A stretch of DNA of 64,000 nt from contig RSEE01000016.1 of assembly GCA_003971905.1 (NCBI GenBank), positions 248,001 through 312,000 of the forward strand, read 5' to 3'. The notes below the pieces were generated by a model. It had not been told where the DNA came from. It made no database searches and saw only the letters and a list, made by a program, of their open reading frames with translations. The position numbers and the translations under genes are program-made. Shown here piece after piece: positions 54,624 to 64,000 of the stretch (within the stretch, counting starts at the first letter, position 1; each line of letters starts with the position of its first letter). The DNA is from Moniliella sp. 'wahieum'. Its lineage: Eukaryota.

Positions 54624-55708
54624 GATGGGGGTGGAAGAAGTGGTGGTCGTGATGCCAACCCGAAGCTTGGCCAGCCGCGCATTAAAGACGCCCCAGCTCT
54701 TGAAGCTTCAAGTGAAGCTTCACCCGTAGAACAGAAGGAACGGGCAGGATGGAAGAGCGGACACTGCCCCGTGCTCAAGTGCGGGGAGGCGGAATGAAGC
54801 GGAATCCAAGTGTGAACACCGGAACCGAAGCAGGTCTGAAGCACGGCGTCTGTGTAGTCGGCACCGAACCGGCCTTGGCGTCATTATTCTTCGGTGCAAC
54901 CCAGACTCATTTAATTGTTTCTGGCCGCACGCAGCGAAAGCTTCTACAGAAGCTGGGTGCGTGCTGTCCAACGGGACTGTGTGGGCAGGGCATATCTCGA
55001 AATCAAGATGCGATCGGCACAAACAGGTCGGAATACAAGAAGCGCCAAAAAACAAAGCAAAAAAGGACAGTCGCTTTCGGTACATCGGCCTCTTCTGGTG
55101 TAGGGCGAAAGATTTCCAAAGAGAGTATAACTGCACCCAAGAAAAAGACGATGGCTTTTATTGACACAATTGATGCTGCGTGTCATGACATTGTGCTTTG
55201 TTTACGTCCTTCCAAAATGTGTAGACCGTCCTTCCATCTCCATTGGGAAAAGGGATGGGATGCAGATTATGCCAGTGGACAGAGCATAATGTCCCCGTCA
55301 TATGCAATTCATCACCCAAAGAGGAGATCGGATACCCGACGCGCACACTTGTGTAATGGGCAGATGATTGTTATGCAACTGCTTGACACCTCAGGCAGCA
55401 CCGGCATTACGACAACAAAGCTCTTGGCCTCGGTCGTGTACGCCATAGTCGCAATCGCCTCGGACGGTATGTGCCGCACAAGCCATTAGTTGACTGCCTT
55501 AAGCTTTAAGACGACCTATGCGGAGCGGTTGGGCGGAATGCGACTTCCGTAAGAGTGTCACCGACCACATACCAACATCACGCATCACATGTGTAGGCGT
55601 CGGCTCGTGGTTGATATTTTTTTTCGGCAGAGGATATTGGGAGGCCCCACAGCAATTTCGCATCGTTTGTGGATAATTGCCTCTGCTACCCGCTTGGGCT
55701 TCCCCACC

Positions 55709-57200
55709 ATGGCCGTTTCCACTCTGCGCAAATCGACCGGCGCTCCGGCGGGGAAGCGGATCGCGGAAGACCAAGACTTCCTGGCGCAAAAACATCGATC
55801 TTACCGATGTCGAAGCCCACCTCGAAACGACGCGCTGCCGAGCGCGGCGACACTACTCTTCTCCATGGACACCCAGGGCGATTCGGCGCTTCGCCCCAAA
55901 GGCCCGCGGCCCCTCAAGTCGCTCGACATTCTCCAAAACAAATCCGCCGTACCCGCTGTCACGCACTGCGTGGCCGAAGAAACGTGGTGAGCGCGGCTGA
56001 CGATGCGGATGCGGTGGCTCGCTTGCGTCGGGCAGGCGTGCCAGCCAAAAAGTGCGTGACCGTCTGCGTCGGGCAGCGGGCAAGGTGGTTACCGATGCAA
56101 TGGGCGGGATAAGCAAGGCGGACCAGGACAAGCTGCAGGATTACCGCGGGGTTGACCGGGTGGCCGATCGGGACTTGTGGGCCGACGGGGGGGAGCAGGG
56201 TCCGAGTGCACCAACTCGAATCAGTTATGATCCTGAGTGGGTCGCCGACCCGAGGCATGAGAAGCCCAAGCCCCCCAAGTCACTCTCGGCAGCAATGGAA
56301 GATATGCGCTCGGCGCTGGGAAAAACGCACAAGGCCAATGCGGGTCATGAGCAAGTTGTATTGGCGCGCAAGCTGGCTGCTGTACCTCTCCTCACCCAGG
56401 CATGTCGTACAACCCCGAAGCCGAGATCCACGAGGCGCCATGAAGAGAGCGTTTGAGGTGGAGATGGCTCAGGCGCAGGAGGAGGATGCGAACGACAAGA
56501 TGCGGGCGTTGTGTGGAAAAAATGAGTGCTGTGGAACGGGCAGAAGTACTTGCCAGCAATGGCGCTATGCTACCTCTTATCGGGGGATGCAGATTGATGT
56601 GCCGCCGGAAGAATCCGAGTCCGAGTCGGAGGCCGAGGCAGAAGACGAGGCAGCAGAATCGGAGATGGACCACGAAGTGGCGCTGTTGAGGGAACAACAA
56701 CGCCAAAAAGCCATCAAGGCAAGCGTAAGACTACCGCTCAGCGGCATCGTCATGCTCGGGCTCGGGCCCCCAGATGCATTTGCACCACGCTGTCAAATCG
56801 TACAACCGGTACATGTCGGCCATGCCAGGCAAGTTGCGCGAGACATCGGAAGTGGATGCAATGTCCCGGGCCCGACTGCTGGCGGCACAGCGCCGGCGTG
56901 AGGCCAAACTGGCGATCCTAGCCAAGATGGGATGAAGGGGCAGAAGGTGGCGGCCAGAGGCTGTCGATGACTATGGGACAAGGACACGATAGCGTCCAAT
57001 TGCCCGAGCACTTGTCGGAAAACTTGCGCGCCATGAAGACCGAAGGCAACTTATTCCGCGAACGCTTCCAGTCGTTGCAGACCCGTGCTCTTACGGAGCC
57101 GAAGCGCACCATCTCGGCTCGTGAGCTGAAAAAGGCTAAGGACTCACGCAAGTACGGCTGGAAGGAAGTTTGAGCGGTTCGCCTTCAAGAACTTCAGTGA
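55709..57200 (+). CDS. NOP53: 60S ribosome biogenesis factor Nop53 (GLTSCR2)
   Basis: SRKTKTSWRKNIDLTDVE, LFSMDTQGD, PLKSLDILQNKSAVPAV, C-terminal LSENLRAMKTEGNLFRERFQSLQTR; stop approximate. Confidence 0.92.
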
Positions 57201-57535
57201 TCACTGCTGCCGCCAGGCTATACATGCTTCGTTCATTTCGTACGCAATGGCTAGTATATGTTCTGGCACCGGTATGGGTCTTGTAGGCTGGGAGGGGGAA
57301 AGATGCGAGAATGAATGAGAGAGCATGACTGTCCTGAACAGGGAACACAAAAGCCAAACCATTTGACCCGGAGCATGAAAGAAGATAGAACGGGGAGAAA
57401 AAAAGTGTTCGGAGGGCTATGTCCACGCAGATGAAGAACCGGGGGTATGGATGGTGTTGAGAAAGGCATACAAACTGAAGCCTTGACTCGTAATGCATAA
57501 TGCTCATGCCAAAAAAGGGCGTGGAAGAGTGCGTA

Positions 57536-60500
57536 CTAGACCTCCAGATCACCAAAGACATGCTCCACGTCCGGCCACTCGGCGGCTGCCTCGTCTTGCG
57601 CTGGAAGCGCAGAGCGAACCTTTCTCGCGGGTGGTCCTACGTGGGCACATTCGGCGCCTTGCTGACAGAGAGCGGAAGGCTGCCCGTGTCCTTGGGACAC
57701 GATAGGGTCAAATACACGACGATCGTAAGGTTGTATGGGGTGCCCAAAGGGTGTCCCGTGAGTCAGGATCGATGGTTCGGGTGAACCAGCGAGGCTTAGC
57801 GGGGGCATTTCGCCCGCTTCTCGCTTCCGTCGTGGCCCGTTGCAGCTCCTCCAACTCAATCTTAAGAGTGTTGGCGTCCTCGAATCGGCCTGTTTCAAAC
57901 GCACGTAGATCGGGCCGCAAGCGGCAATCGGTGGGAGGCAACCAAAGATGCAGCCCCTTGGGCAAGTCATTGAGCGTGATCGCAAATGGCGGTAAGTTCT
58001 GTATCATCGTCAGCACGCTGCAGGGAACAACAGGGACAGGAAGGAAGAGAAACGTACGAAGGGAGCCGGTGGCTTCTCACTATTCTTCCATAGTAGGAGG
58101 TACTTGGCCTTCTCTTCAGGCTTAGTTCCAATGGGGGCGGATGTTCGAACAGCGTGGTCAGGATTGAGTTCGCCCACATCCGTGCCAATGCGTCGAGCAA
58201 CCAGTTGGGATTCCATCTCCCAGCAATCTCCCAGCGAAGGTTCCCCTGGGCATCGTACACGGCGCCTTTGATACCATACGCGTCCTTAGACGCCAGCCAC
58301 GCTGCTTAAACGTGAGCACACACCTGTCGCCTGTTGCGTGGTTGATCACCTCCATGTCGCCAAAGTGATCGATAGTTGTGGCCGATCAGGAAGCCACTAA
58401 CACACGTCGTAACCTTGTTCCATGTGTAGTGCTCAAAGTACTTGGGCGGCTCATCGGGCCCAAGGATACCTGGCTGTGGCTCCACTGACGCCAATTTTTC
58501 CTTGGTCCACGACGCCTCGGCCCAATCCCGTGGTACTTTGAGGTTGGCGTGCGCCACCCCCGTTGGGCGAATCTCGAACGTCCTCCCAAGGAACTTGGAC
58601 TTGGCATCAACACAGCCAAAGTATTGCCATCCAGGAGACTCGGCAAAGCAAGCCGAGATGGGAGGATGGTGGGAGACTTGCTCGCTCAAGTAGCGGAATT
58701 CCTTGCTACGAGAGACGTACTCAAACGTCTCCCCCAACATGGGGTTGAACGGCTTGGCAATCCGGCCAATGGTGGACGAGTAATTGGACATGGCGAATGC
58801 TGCCACATAGGCGATCCGCTTGGTTGAATCTTCGGTGCGCGACGCAGCGTCGAGGCACTCGCTGAATTCCATATCCTCCGCCATACGCTGGAGCATCGAG
58901 GTGGGTTCGTTGAACGAAACTGGAAAAGAGATCTTGGTCAATCCTTACCAATGTTGTTCCTCAGAACGCCCCAGAGTGACACTGAGGGCCGCACATCTCG
59001 TCCGATTGGCATCTCGTGTCGGACGTGGTCATATGGCTTGATCCCCTCCATGTGGATCAGACTCGGGTCAATCTTTTGAAGCTCCGATGGGGGCTCGGTA
59101 AGTTGCGACTCGACCGTCACATTGGCCAATGTGCCCCGTTCCACAGCGTCGTAAAACTCATCTTCCGAATCCGATGCTTCCTCTCCCGCAAGACCAAGGG
59201 CACCTTTTCCGGCCTGAAGGGACGGCCGTTCCAAAGAAGCTTTCGGTGTTTCCTGCGTCACGTTGGTAGTGGCATTGTCCTCGGACACAGGGGGCATATC
59301 AGCGCCGACTGGGTACGGAGAGCCAGCTGGTTGCGGAGCTCCTTGATCGTCCTTCGTTTCTGTGCTCCGTCGTCCGTCAGACGGGCGAGATTGTGCTCCA
59401 TCTGCTCGTACTGCTTAGCCAGAGTCTTGAGGTTCTCCTCCCACAGAAGTTTGGCCGATATCTCTTGGCTGTAGCGGCGGCGGAGGTACGCTTCCCTTCT
59501 CTCGACGACCGACTGATACTGCGCCAAGAGATCGACGATCGAGATCAGTCGTCCCGAATGGCCAAACGAGTGGACAGTGTATCGACGGCCCACCATCCGA
59601 CACAAGTCCACCGTCCGAATCGCGCAAGATTTCCGTCCCATTCGCACAGCGATCTACCATTAACTCGGAAAGAGCCTTGGCCAGCTCAGCACGGTGGTAA
59701 GCGAATTGGTGAGCAAAGAAAACTCATTGTCGAGGGTAAACCATCCTGCATCAACTTGGGATTACTCGCGTTGGACTTGCCATACAAGTCGCCCGTCATT
59801 GTGCTTCCATGATCTTCGCCATAGAGAAGAGATGCATCGTCCGCCTCCTGGATCATGTGGTGGGGTCAAGTCCGTACCCGTGTATGACACGGCATAATTC
59901 TCGTACCTAGAGGCAGGCGTAAGGGCCCGTATCACTCCGCTACTCTTTCCCCCATCGCCAGACATCGACGAAAAGGAGGGGAACGCAATGGGAGAAGAGA
60001 TCCGGCTTGGGGTTTTGACCCTGCTGGTGATGCTGCTGGCTATACGGGACAAACGGTTGCCGGTCGCCGAGGCTGGGCGGGTGGGAAGTGGGGCACTAGT
60101 AACTCCTGGGACTTAGGTCCGCTTTCCCCACCCGACAAAGACGGAAAACCCCCGTTACCGTAACCGATACTGGTGTCCGCGCCCTATATTGAACTGACCA
60201 ATCGTCGTCTGGGTTCGCCACAGATGCCACCCTGGGCTTGGGTGCTACAATAGGGGGGTTGCTGGTAGGGGGAGTGTTGGCCGGCGACCTGGGTGAGATG
60301 GAAGGATGAAGGCTGGACGGTGCAGAACCACCAACGAGGGGGACCTGGAGGCTGAGGCTCGGCCTTGAAACAGGTGATGCTCTCCGCATTCCAGGACCAG
60401 GTTCGAGATTCTCGCCCAACTCTTGCGGGTGAGCGCGGAAGTAGGCTTGCGTCTGGAACAAAAGCTGGACCCAACGGGCGCGTTCGGCCGGGTGGGATCC

Positions 60501-61787
60501 ACGCAGCAAGAGTTTCGAGTCGACGACGCCCTTCTTGCCTGGCTCGGACAGAACCTCAAATCGCAATGGGTCAGACGGGTCTGCATTCACGGTCGCGTAC
60601 TGCAGGTTAATCGAACCGCGAATCTGGCGACCTTGGTCCGATGGCGAGTGGTAGTAAGACAGGGCACCGTTCTCTAGAACAAACCACCGGGGCTTGTACC
60701 GCATATTGGTCAATTTCCCCAGCCAGCCTTTGAATGAGGGCGGTTTGATGGGGCCCGGCGACTGTTCATTTTGGAGCAGGCTCAAATTGGCGTTGCCCAG
60801 TTGACGCAAGAGGGCACGGAGACGCTCGTCCTTGTGGCTTCCAGACACGGCTGGCCGTCCCTGTCACCAGCAAAAACATCGGCCCCCTTGGCGGCGGCCA
60901 ACTCGATCATGGCAGTGTCCTTGTAGCGGACTGCAGCATGAAGCAAGGTGCCACCCGTCTCTGGCGAAGGCGCGTTGAGATCAAGGGCGCGGTAACCGGT
61001 GAGCGTTAGCAAATCGGTCAGCTTGTAAGCACCTTCCTCGCGGGATGTCTCGTATAAAGTGAGCGCACGAAGGAAGGAGGCGTTGAGTTCGGCACGGGAC
61101 ACTTGGAACAAGCTCGCGATGCCAGGGTTGGCGGCGACCTCCATCGGCTCTTGGCCTTGGTAGTTGCGGATCAAGTCGTCAATGTCGCGGCGCTGGAGCA
61201 GCTCTTTGATGGCATCGGAACGGCCACAAATGCTAGCAAGGTGAAGGGGCGTGTTACCATGCTGGATTTCCTGAGTGTTGACGTCGAGGTCTTGGTACAT
61301 CAGCATGCGAGCAATGGTGGTGTCCTCGGCACAGCGCATGGCAAGATGGAGGGGCGAGGTGAGCTCGGTGACTTCGGCGGCGGGTACGATGCCGATGGAA
61401 TCGGAAGGGAGGGGGGGCAGGTCAGTGTTGACAGAACTGGCTGTGTTGGCACGCTTGCGGGTTTTGCGAGCAATGTGACGTGCGCGAAGAAGGAAGGGCT
61501 CGAGGACCTGCGGGTCGCCGGTGCGAAGGGCGTCGAGAAGCTTGAAGGAATAAAGGGTGTCGTTGACGCGTACACTCGCCGCCCGTGAAGGAGCAGCAGG
61601 AGCAGAATCGGGGGCAGTATCGGGGGCAGGGTTGGGGCAGGGTCGAGAGCGGCATCAGCGAGGGGTTGGCCTACACCAGCGCCTGCTTCATGCTCCTCCG
61701 GCACGAGGGGGGGGTGGGAGCCACGGCGTGGGCTGGGGCGGGGTTGATGGCCGGGCGGCTGGCTCGGTGGCGCATCTTGCTGTACAT
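57536..61787 (-). CDS. OSH1: Oxysterol-binding protein, Osh1/Osh2 type (ankyrin, PH, FFAT, ORD)
   Basis: Ankyrin GNTPLHLA and GGTLLHAA; PH KGWLGKLTN..YKPRWFVLENGALSYY; FFAT EDEFYDA; ORD KPFNPMLGETFE and EQVSHHPP; LPPTDCRLRPD. Start approximate; Osh1 versus Osh2 not distinguishable. Confidence 0.93.
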
Positions 61788-61816
61788 GGCCGCCGCGCAG
61801 AGGGGGTGGGGAGGAG

Positions 61817-61890
61817 GTGGGGGCGATGGGGCGATGGGGCGATGGGGGCGATGGGGGCGATGGGCGATGGGGGCGATGGGCGATGGGGAC
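61817..61890. repeat. (GGGGCGAT)n-type microsatellite immediately upstream of the OSH start
   Basis: About 8 imperfect copies of G3-5CGAT visible. Confidence 0.85.
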
Positions 61891-63132
61891 GACGGCGGGC
61901 AGGCAGGCTCAACTCAGCATGGAGCTGGCTGTGCTGGCTGCTGGCCACCGTCCTGCGGATCTGAGATCTGACGGGCTGACCGATGAGCACGAGTGAGCGC
62001 TGAGCCTCAGCGGTGTGCTGGATGGGCAGCTCAGCTGGCTGGCGCCCTGCCGAGCCGCGCCTTCAGCTGCATGCACCCATGTCACATGTCAGCCTGCTTA
62101 GCTTGGGCTCAGCGTGCGCGCGTGACGCTGAGCCCGCGTGACGCTGAGCCCCGGCCGCCTCAGCCCTGGCGAGCTCAGCCACTCAGTAACTCAGCGCTCC
62201 GCTGGGTAGTGGCTCAGTGTTGTTAACTCGTGTTGCTGGTGTTGTGTCGGCCTGCAACCAGGTCCCAGCACCCACCAGTAACTAGTAACCCAGTCCCAGC
62301 GGCATCCCAGTGCGGCCTCAGACCGCGCACCCACCCGACCCCCCAGCCCCCGCCATGCGCGCGGCGAGCGCGTCGCTGACATCATCCTCTTCCCGCCGCG
62401 CATAGGCGCTGCTGCTCCCGTGGCCTGTTCTGCATTCTGCCTCGACCAACGCGCCTTCTCGTAGCAGCGCCTGGTAGGCATGGTGGATGGCCCGACGCGG
62501 CAACCCTAGCCAGCACCGCAGATCATGCATCATGCATGTGCACCATGCCCCATAGCATCATGTGACTCTGTTGCGTGGCAGCGCTCTGGCTGAACGAAAT
62601 GGTACCAACAACCTTTCACATTTCACCCCTCTCGCATCTCCGGCCTTTTGACGCGGCCAGCTCCTCCCTTGAAGCTTGAAGCTTGAGCCGAGGCAGCGTG
62701 CCCTGCACTATCAAAAAGCACATCCCTCCCTCCAGCGCTGCAAGCGGTTGGGGCATGACCCGCGTGGGTCAAGCTGGAGATCCGAGATCTGAGAGTGTCT
62801 TCCATCTACCCCATCTCAACTTCTCTGCGCGAGACAAGCAGGATTTGCCGAGGCCCCTTGTTTATTCGAACGAAAGAAAGATACATGGGGACTCAAGTGG
62901 AGACAGGCAAAAGTGTGGATGGTCCACGTCGCAAAGCAAAAAATGGCAATGATGGCCCTTGGCGTATGCGGGGAGGATAGATCACGCTAGCCACTTCGCC
63001 GCTCAACTCTTAAGATCGCCCGTTAGAGAAAGGGGAGAGAGGATGGCTGTTAAAAGAGAGTCCGCGGAAGCGCCAAATGCCTGAGCTTCCCAAAGCAGCA
63101 ACAAAAGCTGCATCGCGCATGGCGCTCAGGGA

Positions 63133-63831
63133 TCAGGCCTTTGGCGGCGGGGCGTATCCAGCAGGAGGATAGCCCTGCGGCGCACCATACGGCCCTCCGG
63201 GCCCGCCGTACCCCCCCGCGCCGGCTAGAGGGGGAGTGAAAGATCCGCCTGCATCGGCGCGCCATTGGCAGATCCCACAGACCCAGATGTCGTGAGATTT
63301 GAATGGCTGCAGAGCAAACAAGGGGGTCAGCAATTGCGGTTTCTCGAAAAAGACACCACGTACGATCAAAGGAACCCAGCAGAGGGAGAACCATTGGCGG
63401 GTGCGAGCCGAAACAACTTGAGCATTGTGGCAACGCGGGCTGAGGATATGGGAGAGGGACAAGTCAGTATGACGCGCAAGCGAAAAAGGAATGATTAGCA
63501 AGCGCGGGGATGCATGGGACGTGGGGAGCAGAATAAGACGGACCAGACTGAGTAGTACACAAGGGACAGGAGGATCGAAACCGGGTTAGTACAACGCGAG
63601 AGGGGGGAGGAGAGGCAGCGCACCATGGGGTGTTGTATCAGTCTGCTTGAGGTGCTCATCGCAGCCAAAGATGATTGGAATGCCTGTAAACAAGAAGGGT
63701 CATCATGCATCACGACGATGGAGGTCAGCGCGTCAGCCTCAGTACCGAGTTACCATGAAGCTTGAGGCGTGCAGGTTGGAGCTGCCCCGCGACAGGTTAG
63801 CTTGCTGTTACGCACAGAAAAAGATGTCCAT
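63133..63831 (-). CDS. Small zinc-ribbon protein (zinc_ribbon_15-like) with G/P/Y-rich tail, 5 exons
   Basis: Exons 63831-63816, 63683-63624, 63547-63544, 63439-63364 and 63306-63133 splice in frame to MDIFFCIPIIFGCDEHLKQTDTTPHVCPRCHNAQVVSARTRQWFSLCWVPLIPFKSHDIWVCGICQWRADAGG...PPPKA; two CxxC motifs. Confidence 0.85.
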
Positions 63832-64000
63832 TTCGGGGTTGGGCGATGGAGGAGGAGGAGGGAGTGGTGGTGGTGGTGGCGGCGGGGATGGCGACGGTGA
63901 AGCGAATCGGGGCACCGGGCACCCTTGGGCAGCCGATCAAAACGCCAAGCGTCTTGTCGCAGCCAACCTTGGGGTCGCTTGCTGCTTGCTCGCGCACCCG

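Noticed and set aside
54700..54722. Heat-shock element upstream of SSC1 (GAAgcTTC twice)
   Set aside because: The two dyads are 12 bp apart, off the 5-bp HSE grid, and AAGCTT words are common in other intergenic patches.
54749..55489. 246-aa + ORF
   Set aside because: Lies in the SSC1/NOP53 divergent intergenic region with no protein-like composition or codon bias.

Overview
Eukaryotic fungal DNA, most likely a basidiomycete (Ustilaginomycotina-like; inferred from gene content and short GT-AG introns with CTRAC branch points). Nearly every gene, including essential ones, is broken by single-base deletions. This pattern fits an unpolished long-read assembly rather than pseudogenes, so CDS coordinates are reconstructed and approximate. 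Left end (1-2.5 kb): degenerate relics, including a Helitron/PIF1 helicase C-terminal fragment and a CpG-free stretch. 3.2-16.4 kb: one giant gene (about 4,300 aa) with a basic S/T/P head, a long coiled coil, about 9.1 kb of 36/39-bp coding repeats (PEVK-like, with a psi-K-x-E motif in most units) and a short tail. This is the standout feature. Then come a DUF1765-like gene, a DUF6534-like membrane gene, a MITE-like inverted repeat, a Zn2Cys6 transcription factor, a candidate structured ncRNA/snoRNA host locus, a penta-EF-hand gene, an RRM-like gene and a probably secreted GH1. A housekeeping block follows (ALA1, RPB10, two micro-genes, HMT1, CCT5, ADP/ATP carrier, SSC1, NOP53, OSH1/2-type), and last a zinc-ribbon gene with a 4-nt microexon. 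Intergenic DNA repeatedly carries patches of short tandem palindromes.
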